In this document: one piece after another, positions 50,723-64,000 of the stretch
Numbering within the stretch: the first letter of the stretch is position 1
Layout of the letters: each line of letters opens with the position of its first letter
NCBI GenBank assembly: GCA_050084515.1
Contig: CM114271.1
Location: forward strand, 4,030,001 to 4,094,000
DNA length: 64,000 nucleotides
Direction: 5' to 3'
From: Blasia pusilla
Lineage: Eukaryota
Made by a program: the position numbers and the translations under genes
Notes under the pieces: generated by a model
The model's database searches: none
Told to the model about the DNA's origin: nothing
Seen by the model: the letters and a program-made list of their open reading frames with translations, nothing else

Positions 50723-52465
50723 TTACCCGTACCAGCGGTTGTCGCGATGGAATCGCGTGCTGATGAGCTGCTCAAAGAACTCCTCTCCCAAGTCGCCTAG
50801 ACAGGTTTTGAAAACCGCCATCGTAAGCTTGCGAGTTTCCTCGTACTCTACGCTGCTCCTGCCATGCTCGCGTTCCACGTCCGCCAGCAGAGTGGACGAG
50901 ATTTGCATATTGGGGATGCTGCCGCCGTTGATGGAGTCGTTGATGAGCAGGAGCATGCGAAGGGATGCGATCTTCTCGTCGGCAGCGTCTAGAGCACGAG
51001 CTCGAGCTAGACGAGCGAGATAGGCCTCTATGAACGAGGCGCGCACCCAATTCTTGTGCTTGTCGCTCAGCTCCAGGGATTCGAGAGCCGTCTCCGCGAG
51101 CTGCACTGTGTCAGCGAGATGGCTGATTGCTGGCAGCTGCTTCTGCAAATCTTCTTTGGATCGTGGTGGGGTGACGGCGAGGAGCCGCTGCTGAAACGTG
51201 CTTATCACTTCCTTCAAAGAGCGCACGAGGGTTTTATCTAAGAGGCATCTCTCACAACAGCACTCGAAATTCCAGCTATCGAGGAGCCTCTGGCGATTCG
51301 GATCCAGAATGTTCGTGTATGCGACTGTCAGCTCGTCTCCGGCAGAAAGATCGCGACCCGCACGAACGAACATGGCCCTGCCCACGAACATCCCGATACA
51401 AGAAGGTGCACAAGAGTGATTCATAAATGAAGGAAGAATCCACAGTCCACTCGATTCTTGGGACGGATCCCTGAGAGCTTGTATTCGGTCCATCATTCCG
51501 TCGCCGAATGCACCCGAATTCACCGCTAGTGCTCCATTGAAGGCGTTGCGAGAAATCCTGCTGTAGATATCTTCGTAGTGGAGCTGCACTGCGGAATCGG
51601 GATCAGAATCACTCGGGGTCCATTCACTTCCGGGGATGAAGAGCTCCATGGGTGGAATCTTCGGGACCTCCTTGGGATCAGAGCTTTTGAGATGGTAAAG
51701 CTGATGCATGATTCTTGGAGATGATTTCGCTAGCTTCATAAGCGCCTCAGTGAAATCCACTTTCCAGTCGCGCATTTCTACCTGCTCCTTTTCAATTTCA
51801 CAGCCACTTTCCCAGCTGCTACTCGTGGGCGTGTTATAATTCTTTGCGGCCGTTTTCCAGACATGGATCGCAAGGACATTACTCACGACGAGAAGATGGC
51901 CGTGCCGGACGGGGTGCGTGACGAACAGCCCTCTTCCCCCACGAGAGCACCAACGAATCTCCACAGGACCCACGTAATCGCTGCAAGGGGGTGGCGGCTC
52001 ATTGTTGAGGAGGTAGAGGGAGAGGTCAAAAATCCCATCGTGAGATTGTCGATAGCTCGTTTTGCTCTCTTGCAGTGCGGAGGCGATGATCTTGTTTTCT
52101 GGGCTCAGATTCAGAGCCGCACTGAAAGATGCACAAGCGTTTTCGAATCGCTGGAGACCATGTAGGGCCTTGCCTTTGCGGTACAAGCTGTTGAGGTGAT
52201 GGGAATCGAACTCGAGCGCAGTGTCGGCATCGACCAAGGCATCTTCGTATCGTTTCAATCCCAAATATGCCTGTGCTCTGCTGGAATACGCCAACATCAG
52301 AGTGACGTTGTGGGGAATTCGCAGTGGCTCGTCTTGGCCCAGGGTGATGCACTTGGTGTATAGATCTATCGCTTCTTGACATTTCTTTTTCGCTAGAAGT
52401 CCGTTAGCTTCCAGGCGACTCCGTTCCAGCTCTGCACCGGCGGAGTTTATGGTTGTAGACTCCAT
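50723..52465 (-). CDS. ATXR1: TPR + SET domain lysine methyltransferase (ATXR1/SDG35-like), 580 aa, intronless
   Basis: N-terminal TPR repeats; SET motifs GGRGLFVT, SFMNHSCAP, GDELTVAY; post-SET FECCCERC. Confidence 0.85.
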   Translation of the reverse strand: MESTTINSAGAELERSRLEANGLLAKKKCQEAIDLYTKCITLGQDEPLRIPHNVTLMLAYSSRAQAYLGLKRYEDALVDADTALEFDSHHLNSLYRKGKALHGLQRFENACASFSAALNLSPENKIIASALQESKTSYRQSHDGIFDLSLYLLNNEPPPPCSDYVGPVEIRWCSRGGRGLFVTHPVRHGHLLVVSNVLAIHVWKTAAKNYNTPTSSSWESGCEIEKEQVEMRDWKVDFTEALMKLAKSSPRIMHQLYHLKSSDPKEVPKIPPMELFIPGSEWTPSDSDPDSAVQLHYEDIYSRISRNAFNGALAVNSGAFGDGMMDRIQALRDPSQESSGLWILPSFMNHSCAPSCIGMFVGRAMFVRAGRDLSAGDELTVAYTNILDPNRQRLLDSWNFECCCERCLLDKTLVRSLKEVISTFQQRLLAVTPPRSKEDLQKQLPAISHLADTVQLAETALESLELSDKHKNWVRASFIEAYLARLARARALDAADEKIASLRMLLLINDSINGGSIPNMQISSTLLADVEREHGRSSVEYEETRKLTMAVFKTCLGDLGEEFFEQLISTRFHRDNRWYG

Positions 52466-54265
52466 GAGAGCTGTAGGATGAATCGATCATAAGTCAGATC
52501 TGTCGTCTACAATTCCTCTCTCTGTCTATGGCACCTCAAAAAGAAGTTTGCACCGTAAATACAAGAGATAACAGGACCTGCGAAAACTTCTCAGGGGACC
52601 TCAAGAGGACCGGCGCTTCGATGCTTCGGATCACATCTTGTCTCCATCTCCGAGGCGGTCTTAAATTCTATGCGAAAGATTACGCAGCATCATGTTCGGT
52701 CCAAAATACTCGTTGTTGATGGTGAGATTGACATTATGACAGGACTTAGCGTGCCGTCGCACTTTGATGGCGATGACAGTGGCAGAACATCTGCCATCGA
52801 TGAACCGTCGCCTCAATGAGCTGCGACGTTATGATAGCCCACCATCGTGCGCACTGAAATTCGGGAACTCCTGATTGGATGTTACTGGGAGTGGATCTCT
52901 CAGCTGCTACACCAAAGAGCAGAGTCAATCGCAAGAGGATAGACTAAGCACTCGCATTGCTACACTGGCGAAGAGTGATCAAAGAAACTTTCACTCTCGT
53001 CAATCCGGAACGCCAAAGGAAGCTTTGGAAATGGTTCGCGAGGACCTTACGTTGCGATTGTAGATTGCTCAAAGAATAGGGTTCTTCCGCACCTCAGAGA
53101 AAACACATTAAAGCTAGGAATCCCGCCATCGATTGCCGATGAAAGGTACAAAACTTCACAGAGTATCTCCACTAATCCTAAGAACTGTCAGACAGCGACT
53201 CTACAGTGAGCTCCTTCCGCAGCTCGTCATGCAGCAATCAATGGCAGGAGTCCTGCGATTGATTGCAGCTGTAAGCGAAAATTTTCCCAGCGGATGTCCT
53301 TTGATCCTCAGAAAGCAAATAGGAAATCATCATGCGAATTGAACTGGCTACGAAACTTTGCTGACTCCAAGAAAATCGAGCCTTCCGCCACCACTCGAGC
53401 GCATTCAGAAATAGGAACGCTGAGATCTCAGGTTACTGACGTAGAGCCAACAGACGTGTTCCGCCATTCCTAAACTATCGTCGTCAGAGAGACGGAAGGA
53501 AAAAGTCTCTCCCACACCTACAATCGCAATCCGCAAACCCACACGAAACAGCAGGAGAGCTGTGGCGCAGTGATAATCGATTAGCTCACAGTCACAGGCG
53601 TTCTTCCCTGTTCTCGACCGAACGAACGCTCGCAGTTTCTTCCATCGTAATCTTCCGGAAGCCAACAACCTCTAACGATAAGAGACCAGTGGGTAGCCCG
53701 TGCCACGAAGGACTAATGGAGGAGGACACATTTGCAAATAAAGAAGGCGCTCTTGTGATTTTTCTTTAATCACGAGACTCTCCAAACAACGAATGATTCC
53801 ACACATCCGTAGACATATTAGTCAGATTCAATCGAGTCACGTTTCTTTAGGTATTTTTATTTTGGTGTAGTTAATGTTGTTCATGTTTTTCATGAGTTTC
53901 AAGTGGCAAGGGTTCTTCATTTTCCTTCCCAAAGGGGCTTGTGTAGCCTTGGAGTTCTCAAAAAAATTAATTATTTAGATGTGTTCTCCCATCTCTTTTT
54001 ATTAAAATTTTGTTTCCGATGGTGATAGTTTTTTTTGGAACTCCCGCACCAAAAGAAGACCGAATCCACAAACGACTTAGTGCGAAGATTTGCTTTCCAT
54101 GTATTTCTTGTGATTTTTTCTTAAATATTTCTCATGGCTCCTTGAAGTATCTTAAGATTGTATTTTTCAAATAATGATGATACACATGCCAAAAAAATTT
54201 CCTCCCAAGTGTTCCATATGTCCAATTTTAATAATAATGCTATTTTTTTCATTTAAGAATATTTA

Positions 54266-54428
54266 TCTTATTACGAGATAATTTATATAATTAAATTAGA
54301 TGAACAAGTCTTTTTATTGTTTGACACATGCCCTCTTAAGGCCCTTCTATTGTTAACGCGTGTCATTTAAGGATTATTAAATTAAAAGGAAGACTTGTCA
54401 CCCGTGCATGGCACGGGCTTCATACTAG
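54266..54428 (+). mobile_element. Helitron-like 3' terminus, short non-autonomous element; 5' end uncertain
   Basis: Hairpin CCCGTGC-ATG-GCACGGG at 54401-54417 followed by CTAG|T at 54425-54429. Confidence 0.6.
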
Positions 54429-56974
54429 TATGTTCTTATTTACAAACACCTTTTTTTCTTGAGAAATCATCTTTTTTTATTGACAAATGGTAATAAGAAG
54501 AAAATCTTTTAGTAACATGGGCGACAAGAAAAGTTTTTGTAATTTTATTAATAATCATTTGTCTTGTTTAACATTAGTAGCACTGATGTACATCCCTACT
54601 ACACAATGCATGTAGTTAATAATTTTTAAACTAAAAATTTCTTGGTCTATGTGTTATAAAAAAATATTATCATGCAGCATAAGAGAGATACGTCCAAATC
54701 AAGACTCTACCTTCCCTTAACGATTTAGATCCTTTTAGTATCAATCATTGACAAAGATTATAGAGTTGAAATACACTTAAAAGCACACTTGTGGTATATG
54801 GGATTCCCAAATTATTTTCAACCATTTGCACCATTCTTGTGGAATGTAAGATTACATCTAAAGCCCACCTCATCATCATTTGAAACTAAAATTTCTTCTT
54901 GTACTTCCCTAGTCTTTCATAAATTAGTTCCTCATTCTAAATCCCATTCTAGACTACCATCTTTTCTTTGGAAAATTCTCCATCATGCCTCTTTGTTGTA
55001 GGAAAATAAATTTTGATTCACCTCATTTATAAAAGAAATCTCTCCCTTCTCCTTTAGACCCTCCTCTTCTTATTCCTTATTCCTGATTTATCCTTTCCAA
55101 TTCCGGCATGCTCATTTGAAGGGAAGGATGGGGGGACCCACCTTCCCTCCTTCACTAAGCCCCTCCTAAACAAATATGTGTGGGCACTACTTCTCTCCTT
55201 TCCTTCGTGTTATATTTCAAGTGTTGTTATCTTGCTTCTTAATTGTTTTCAAATGAACAATATTCCTCCATCTTCCTAAATCATTGCTCATTTTAAAATA
55301 CCACCTCGATCATGACCTCAAACTCTCCTCCACCATTTGGAAAACACCCTCAATCTCACCTCCTAATTAAAGTGATTTTTTTAAATTAAAAATTAAAAAA
55401 ATCACCCTCATTAAGGAAATATATATGATCGCTTGGCCTATATTACGCCCCCTTCCTAAACATAAATTCAATACCCCAACCCATACTCTCCCTCATTCAT
55501 GCGGAAAATATTTCATTCCACTTTTTCATTTAGTACGGAGAAATTCACTCCTTCCTATTTCAAAAAAAATTCAATTAGTTGGCTAAAGAGCAACCTTTCA
55601 ACTTAAGGAAGATTGAATCCCTTGAGGTCGAATTCTCAAGGTTGGACCATAATAATAAAATCAAAAGAAACCATCTTTTATTGTATGTAAAACTACAATG
55701 AGCCACATAGAGAGACAATGTCGTCCAATAGTAAGCAATTGTCAATGCAATACACGCGATTAATTAAAAAGTCTAGATAATTTTTATTTAACTTAAGATG
55801 GAATTGAATGAATTAACCTCTGAAATCAATTTTGAGCAATTCCATCGGTTGAGAGGGCAAGTGATCCGATAGGCCAAAAGGGATCAATATCAAGAAGAGA
55901 GGTATTGCAAAATGAAGAAAGGGCTCTCCAATAAAATTAAGAGATTAAAATATTTTTATTTATGAAGAAGTTCATACCATAGAATCTTTGGAGAATGTTT
56001 TTGTAAATAGAATTAATAAGATCACTTATCTTCCAACTTTTAGTTACCTAATCAACGACAAATAAGTACAATCATCTCCCAAGTCACTATTCTAAGGTCT
56101 ATGATCCTCTCATACCTTCAAACTCCTTTCATCTTAACACTTATTGGCAGCACTCTCGATCACTTACCTTTTGAGCCAATAGAATAGTTTGAAATTGATT
56201 TTAAATTATATTTCAAATTTTTGAGATTTAATTTATCATTTTGGAAGGTAATTTGAACATGTGGATTGCACCGACTCCGCTAGTAATATAGATTAGAGAT
56301 CATTTTCCAACATTATCTTTGTTTTAGTTGAAAAAGGAAATAAAGAGGACATTTGTAAACCAAATCATATATGTGAAAGAAGAATCATGTAGGTGTGGAG
56401 TGTTGAGGTTATGGTAATCCACAACCATCTTAGTTGGGCGACTATTTCTATGCACCATTTATTTGCATGCTTGCAACCATATATATGTCTATTTTAGATC
56501 AAAGGAATCTTTTGACATAGATTTGTCCCAAAATTTGATATGCCGATTTCGAGTCTTCAACAGAGTGTCCTAGATTTTCTTCATATACATTTTCCTCGCC
56601 GATTTTTTCTACCCATGCATCGAAATACTAACAAGTAATTTGGAAATTTTCATCCTACTCGTAGATCTAAGAAATCATTCACCTTACTCTCCCTTCCATT
56701 GTCATGCTCATTAAACAAGACTCCATTACCTTCATCACATTACTCTATGGACGACAAATCCCATCGTACATAACATCAACCACCTTTTCTTGAAGTATGT
56801 GACATTCTTTACCTTCTACACCACCTTTTTCTCTTACTCGAATCATTAAAAAAATAAACAAGTGAAATAATATAAGAAAGATCGTGCACATGTAGTACAT
56901 TGACAATGCGGTAGTAGTACATTGCACGTCCATGCGATGCATTGGGTGGATTTTTAAAACACCTCATTGTCTCT

Positions 56975-57416
56975 CCTAACCCATCCCATGGCCAACCCCT
57001 AACTTCCCTCCTCCTAACCCATCCCATTGCCATTCCCTAATATCTCCTCTCCTAACCCATCCCCTACTATCCCCCCCCCCTTCTAACCAATCCCCATGGC
57101 CAACCCCTAATGTCCCTCCTAACCCATCCCAATTGCCATCCCCTAATATCCCTCCTCCTAACCCATCCCCATCGTCACCCCCTAATATCCCCCCCTCCTA
57201 ACCCATCCCCATGGCCAACCCCTAATTTCCCTCCTCCTAACCCATCCCCATTGCCACCCCCTAATATCCCTCCCCTCCTAACCCATCCCCATTGCCACCC
57301 CCTAATATCCCCCCCTCCTAACCCATCCCCTAATATCCCTCCTCCTAACCCATCCCCATGGCCAACCCTTAATTTCCCTCCTCCTAACCCATCCCCATTG
57401 CCAACCCCTAATATCC
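56975..57416. repeat. C-rich minisatellite, ~39-bp unit CCTAACCCATCCCCATTGCCAACCCCTAATATCCCTCCT, about 11 copies
   Basis: Directly visible tandem array. Confidence 0.95.
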
Positions 57417-57493
57417 GTCAAGGAGCGTGCCGTACCTTCCACTCTTTGACCTGCAGAGAGCCAGAGCGGCAACAGCGAACTGGTGCGTGAAGA

Positions 57494-57890
57494 ACAGGTA
57501 GAGCTCGCGTCTCAGCATCCATCGTCCGTCTGCAGTTGCTGCTTGGACTGGGGCAGACAGGTAGAGCTTGCGTCTCAGCATCCGTCGTCAGTCTGCAGTT
57601 GCTGCTTGGACTGGATCTTTGGGAGGCACGGTCATGTGTGCAGAGCGGTAATCGGGCGGGGTCGCCGGGAGCGGGAAAGGGACGGGGCTGAATCTCGAGA
57701 GTGTTTCCCGGAGGCTTGAATTCATGATGCATTCCATTCGAAGCCAAAGAATCCTAAACGAATTTCTCCTCCAGTCCAGTTCGGACCATCTCTGGGATCC
57801 AGCGGCTTGAATTCATGATGCATTCCATTCGAAGCCAAAGAATCCTACACGAATTTCTCCTCCAGTACAGTTCGGACCATCTCTGGGATC
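57494..57890. repeat. Two recent local duplications (periods 63 bp and 91 bp)
   Basis: 57494-57551 vs 57557-57614, and 57713-57799 vs 57804-57890. Confidence 0.9.
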
Positions 57891-59297
57891 ACGCTCTTGG
57901 CAGAAGACGCCCAATCCTATGAACACCCGACGCAGCCGGGTGAGGATGGATGGATGGACTGCAAGAAAAGAAATTGGGAAGGTATGGAAGATACTAAGCC
58001 CTGCCAGCCGGCCAATCCGGCCCCGTCAGCTATGTCATGTCAACGACTGTTGTCAAGAGCCAAGCACAGTTTGGTGCGCTAGACCTTGAAGTGTGGAAAC
58101 AGAGCCCCAGCAATCCCAGACAGACTTCTCCTCCGTTACAATTTGAGTCATTCTTGGCAATCCGAAGTATCTTACCATACGAAGTTGACCGGTAAAGCTA
58201 CATCAATAACTATACTCGCGAGGCGTGCAGAATCGAGTTTCACATACTGAGCCTTTCAGTGTGTGCGTGTGTGTGTGAAGACGAAGAGATTGTAGATAAT
58301 TTAAGGCGAGGTATTTTCAGAGTTCTGCCCATGGCCGCGCTAGCGTATTCATTGGAAAGGGCAAAAAGCATCGCGAAGAGAACCGACGATAACTACCAAC
58401 GGTCAAAAGAATAAAGCGAATAGGATAGAATAACAGCTTGCGATCGAAAGGCTCCGTCGCGAGAGGGCTACGGGAGAAGGAAGATTTGAGAGTGAGGTTT
58501 GAGGTTCGAGGGAATATTGCCTGCAAAGCAAAGAATTCGCCTCTCGATTGCAGAAATTGTGACGATCCGGTAATGCGAGTAGTGCGAATTTCAAAGATGG
58601 AAGAATTTGCACATTTACTGCAAAGCACTCCCGTCGACGACCAGATGGCAGTGCGAGGACAATAAACGAAATGCTAACAAAAGGAAGACTCTCCGCCGAA
58701 AGTAGACAAAGTATCACCAAACGGCACAAGGAAGTACTGCGATTCTTCGCAATTTCGGCATATGAGGTGGTGACATGACTCACCTGAGTTTCGATACACA
58801 ATCCTGCCGGCTCGACGTCAGTTTTACAGGCCAAATGGACGATGCAGAGCACAACACTCCCGTCGAAGAAACGATGGCAGTGGGGGAAAAAAAAGAAAAA
58901 AGCAATGCAAGACGAGAAATGGCCTCCCACGACAGTAGGCAACAAGGTACCATCAAATGACGCACAGAAGTACAGAGATTCTTCGCAATTTCGCCATCGG
59001 GTGGTGATGACGCTCACCTGACTATCAATTCACGAGCTACAACCAAATGCCGCACACCAGTATGGAGATTCTTCGCAATTTCTACACCAGGTGGTGACAA
59101 TGCCCACCCGACAATGGATGATGTAATGCACAATTCTCCCTTTGGAGACGAGATGGCAGTGGGGAGACCATTATCAAAGAACATTCCTCAACTGACAACC
59201 TGATTCAGAGGCGTGGAGTGATAAAGCTACGATCACCATTTCCCTCCACGGGCTAAATGTCTACCTACAGAAGCGGGAATGAAGGAAATCGGGACTA

Positions 59298-59915
59298 CTA
59301 CTCTTTGGGCCACACACTAATCTTCTCCTTCTCGTACTTGACGTAAAGAGCAGCAAGCCCCAGCACGGTGTATACCTGCACGATGAGCGTCCCCGATTCA
59401 TGGTACTGCACAAACGCCTGTCCGGTGGCGAGCTCCACCAAGAGAACGGCTGCAAGCCCCAGCGCTGCGAGGCGCCCATTCAACCTCTCGGTGTAGGGCT
59501 TCATGCCAAGCTCCACAACCAGCCCGTCCGAGACCGGATCCTTCAGCGACACCGGAGGTATGAACACACTACTACCCTTCGCCGGTTTGCTGCTGGCCAT
59601 CATTGACCCTTCCACTCCTTCTTTCCTCGCCTTCCTCGCCTCCGCTTTCTTGCCGCTCCCACTCGTCACCTTCCGCTGCAATCTCGCAAGCCTGGCTTCA
59701 AATTCGTCCCCTCCATCGTCGCCCCCCGCCGCACCATCGGCTTGGCTCTGCGCTTCATCGTCGCCCGCCTGCGCTCGCACTTTGGGCACTCCATAGCTGC
59801 GGCCTGCGCTAGCTATGGAGCTCTTCTTTGCACCCACCGATTGTCGAGTCGAGAACTTGCAAGGGACGCCCGCGATTCCGGACGCCAGAGACAACAAGGA
59901 CGACGGAACCGCCAT
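59298..59915 (-). CDS. SEP4: Stress-enhanced protein 4 (two-helix LHC-like chloroplast protein), 205 aa
   Basis: Transit peptide, DEFEARL...SGSGKKAE, PPVSLKDPVSDGL, LHC motif ERLNGRLAALGL, second helix and YEKEKISVWP C-terminus. Confidence 0.85.
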   Translation of the reverse strand: MAVPSSLLSLASGIAGVPCKFSTRQSVGAKKSSIASAGRSYGVPKVRAQAGDDEAQSQADGAAGGDDGGDEFEARLARLQRKVTSGSGKKAEARKARKEGVEGSMMASSKPAKGSSVFIPPVSLKDPVSDGLVVELGMKPYTERLNGRLAALGLAAVLLVELATGQAFVQYHESGTLIVQVYTVLGLAALYVKYEKEKISVWPKE

Positions 59916-62900
59916 TGCTCTCAGCTTGCGCTTCTCTCAATCAATCGGCAGCACCCATTCCCAATTCCGAGCGCGTGCAGCCCTTTCGATCCATCAAACA
60001 AACAGATCCCACTTTCGGTCTCCGACCACCATTTTTCTGTGATCGCTACAACTCCAACGATTCTCAGCCTCTCCCCTCTCCTCCCTCGTCCGTCTCCCTC
60101 TGCCTTTTCGTTTTGCCGTCTGCTCCTCCACTTCTCGCCGGTCCTCCCCTTGTGACTCGTCACATCGTAACTTAATTGTGGTACTTCAAAGCGGTTAAGT
60201 ACCACAATTAAGTAATCACGCATTTATGTTTCTTTAGTTCTTTATTTTTAAGTTATCGTCAATTTATACTGTAAAGTAAAACTGCATATATTTTCAGGAG
60301 ATTAACATAAAATAAAAATTTATTTTCATCTTCTAGAAAGTAATTGGTGTAAAACCTTGTCAAGCAGGGGAATGAAAGGATTAACCATGATGGGGACAAA
60401 TTATGATAATACTGAAAACAATTTTTTGTTGTCCAATTGCCAGGTGTCAAACAAGTAGGTGCTTGTGAATCAAGAAGACACTCTTTGATTAGAAGGTCCA
60501 TTTGAGTTCTGAAATACGGGTTCGAATGACTCGTAATTTGGGGGTTACGATTTTAAAAGACCACTCCCTTTCAGATCTATGAATCCCTCGAAATCCTACT
60601 TTGTTTTTTTATAGTGTGTATGAGGGACATATCTTCTAGTATTCTTAAGGAGGACAATTTTTTATTGGCACACAATTCTCATGGAAAAATATTTTAATAG
60701 CACGAGTCAAATATCATCTAAAGAACAAAATAATCTTGAGCTTTTGGGTAGAGGACTCTTGATCCCATGTGCAATATGAGCTATGTCATGGTACACCAAT
60801 CACTAATTATGCTTGAATTATCTTCCAAAGGGCTATTCATCTATGGCACCTTATACTTTAAGCATATGGTCATTCAATCCTAATAATAATAATAAAATGT
60901 AATGATTTCGAATGAATTATTGTTAAAATTTAAATTTATGGGGTTGGAAGGAAAAAGAAATATATTTTTAATGAAGTCTAATCTTGTATATACTAATTGG
61001 AGGATGCAATTTCTAAGGTAGTTGCTCTTCTATTTTAGATGTATCTCTATTCACTCAAAATTAAATTTTTTGTTATATGATGTCCCTATTTCCTTTCGGA
61101 AAAGAGTACTTTGAAATTTGAGAATAGTACGGGGAGTCTTATCTAAGTTATAAAATAGGGATCCGTGCATAGCACACACATGCATGGTAACTCTTACCCG
61201 AGTACTTCCTTAGTTACCAACTTGGACCATATGGCCATTAGTTATAGCCTCCACTTACATTAATGGGTTCGTGTGAGCTTTGAGCAACCCTTGGAGGTGA
61301 AGATATATTTGAACTAATCCACACAATATTATAAGGTTTTACATCTCCATGAAAAGGAAATGGTTACCATTTTCACTTCTTGAAAGTATTCAACAATCTT
61401 TGGGAAATGGATGAAGAATAAAAACAAGACTTGAAATGAAAGGAGAGGGACTCAAAGAGTTTAGAAACACCAAGGCGATACCTAGCACGGGCAAAGAAAA
61501 AAGGGAACCCCTACAACACACTAATGCAATTTTATTTAGGAGAGATTGAGATGAAGGGAAGGTGGAATACTCCCCTTTTTCTTCTTTTTTCCAAATGAGG
61601 AGATAAGGATTGCGATTTTTCCCCTAAATAAAGAAGAAGCTAATAAGAGGGCTTTTTTCAAATTGAAGGTAGTGATATTTTTTTATCCTTAAAATAGCAA
61701 GGTTTGTGTGTTTTTCTCTACCCCTCATTCAAGAAACATCTTTAATTTTTATCAAAGAGGGAAAGTGGGAAAGGTTTTTCTTGTTTTAAAAAATGGGACT
61801 TTACAATATTTATTTTTTCCAGAGGTTTTAATTTTCAACAAGGAAGGGGAAAAAAAAGGATAGATCTTCAACTAGAGAGGATTTCATAAGGAACTTTTTG
61901 CAGTATAGAAACAAAAAACCTTTGAAGTGTTTTATATTTCTTATATGAGAGAAGAATAAATCGGTTTTAATTTTCAATTTAGGAAGGGAAGAGGAAAAAA
62001 AATGAAATCTCAAAAAGGAAGGGAAAGTGAAACTTGGGAGAAATTTTCAACATACACCTTCATAACGAAAGAAATTAAGTCTTTCATTTTTAATAAGGTG
62101 GGGGAAGAGAACTAGGGAATTAAATTTCAATTGCCCTTGAACACAAGATAACAAATAAACAACCTATCAACCTTTTCCAACTGTCTATTTTCCTCCCATG
62201 AGGTAGGGTAGGATAAGGGAAAATGGGACATATGCACAAGATTATCATCACACTAGGGGGACATTAGCTATGGCTTGGAGATCGAAACTCCCAATGAATG
62301 CCATCTCTGAAGCTTTTCAACTCTTTAATTTTCAAAAAAAAAATCATACTAAACCAAAACTGGAATAGAAAAGAGGCTTAAGTAATTATACTCCTTCTGT
62401 TTTGAAATTAAATTTAAATTTAAATTTTTGTAATCTTGATTGAAAATTTGCGAGTCTATTTCATGTTCAATTTATTCTTCCATTATAAAAATAATAATCT
62501 AATTTTTAAATTTTTAAAATTTAAATTTCAAGTTAGTTTTGGAAGGGAAATTATAGATTATTTTGGAGAAATGTGAAAAGATAATAATTTTTTTAAAATA
62601 GTCTTCAAAAGGATGAAAAGAATTTTAATTTTTTCAGAATTTTATTATGAGAATTTATATGGAATTTTTATTAATTGAGAGATAGAAATTGGAAAGCTAA
62701 TGATAATTACTTTTTCTGAATTCTCAATACCAAAATTCTTTATTTTTCAAAATAAAATTTTTTAATTCATACTTACTCATTTTTTATTTTTTTTTATTTT
62801 TTTCAACTCTGAAATTTTAAATCTAAAGAGTTCATAATATTCTCCATTTATGAAGTATTTTCATTTCCACCAATTCATTGGAAAAAATTTTACTAGTGTA

Positions 62901-64000
62901 TACTATCAACATGGTAAGAATCTCATTGGAAATAAAAAAAATTCACATGTATTTTTTTTTAAAAGCATCTTAGAAGAGAAAAAAAAAAAAAGAGACTACT
63001 TAATAAAAGTCCATGTAAATCATCGCACTAGTGGGTAATGCTATGTTGGAAGCTACTAAATTGGCTTAACCGATTTAAGAGGGTTAGAGAATATCTTCTC
63101 AACATTCATGGTAAGTGCAGAAATATTAACTAGCAAATAAATTATATGATTATTTATACTAGTTAGGACCCTAAGGGAACAGAGCAATGCACTCCATGAT
63201 TCCGTAGCCCTAAATGCCCCGTTATGCTACCTGAATGCCCCCTACCCGAATGGCCATGCCACCCATCATACATTTTGGATTCAAAGGACTACTGCTGATA
63301 TCTATGGTGTTGCCATTTGAAATCACTCCTCAAATAATAATATAGAATATTATTGGAGAGGATTTTCTCATTTTGAGAGCATCTCTCCTCTTTTTTAACC
63401 CATAGGAACACTCATTGTCTAAGGGAATAGGATCAATTTGAATGAGCAATGGTCCAAAATTCATCATCATACTATTAAGCACGTCAGCTCATTATGAAGA
63501 CAAATGATTAAATGACACGTATCATATTTTTCCATGAAGCCAGTTCATGATGGGTTTTCTTTTAATTTTACCCTACTCTAAGCAGGAAACAAGAATAGGT
63601 AAGATTTTAATAATTATATTATTTACATATTTATCTATAATATTTAATAAATAAATAATTGAATATAATTAACTCAAATTCAAACATCTTTCCCTTTAAA
63701 TCTTATAGAGTCTCTTTAAATTATATTCTCTTTTCTCATTTGGAAATTTAAAATTACTTTTTCAAAGTTCATGCCAAAAAATTATAATAAAAAATAATTT
63801 AAAGTTTAGTTTTGAGGAAATTTTAATTTTTCTTTTGGGAAAAAATGAAAAGGATAATAGGTCACTAATGGGAAAATAAATTTCTTCAAAATAATAGAAG
63901 ACATATTTTTTCTATAATATTTTTAATTTTCAAGTTAGATTGGGAGAAAATTTTAATCCTTCTTTTGGAAAAAAATTCATCAAAATAAGTGATTTGATTT

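Noticed and set aside
52528-53400. Possible third NB-ARC relic (SKILVVDGEID, SGCPLIL)
   Set aside because: Motif spacing is inconsistent and matches are too weak to support by eye.
57110-57490. Proline-rich extensin-like ORF
   Set aside because: Translation of the minisatellite; unit lengths vary by non-multiples of three and there is no signal peptide.
58317-59170. ORFs over a region with diverged internal repeats (GATTCTTCGCAATTTC three times)
   Set aside because: Frames are broken and no product could be assigned.
27050-59915. Co-location of two thylakoid photoprotection-related genes (STN-like kinase and SEP4) as a functional cluster
   Set aside because: They are 27 kb apart with unrelated genes and transposons between; chance is sufficient.

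Overview
Nuclear DNA of a green land plant, probably a bryophyte or other non-seed plant (inference from short GT-AG introns, plastid-targeted genes and a CRE-type LINE fragment). Intact host genes, all on the minus strand: a LURP-one-related/Tubby-C2 gene (885-1898), a 17-exon STN7/STN8-family thylakoid kinase with a long C-terminal extension (27050-32630), an ATXR1/SDG35-like TPR-SET gene (50723-52465) and SEP4 (59298-59915). Relics: a LOR paralog broken by an internal inversion, a probable PPR pseudogene and two degraded NLR/LRR tracts. Mobile DNA: an old Ty3/Gypsy element plus a related solo LTR, a young chromovirus nested in a MITE nested in a decayed hAT, a complete hAT with an intact transposase, a CRE-like LINE 3' fragment and Helitron-like ends. 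Strongest novel candidates: (1) a hairpin plus anticodon-less tRNA-like structure with compensatory changes, found in the 3' region of both hAT elements; (2) a ~141-aa ORF inside two diverged Gypsy LTRs whose differences are largely synonymous or conservative; (3) the atypical STN-family kinase. All analysis was done by eye; no database searches or folding programs were run.
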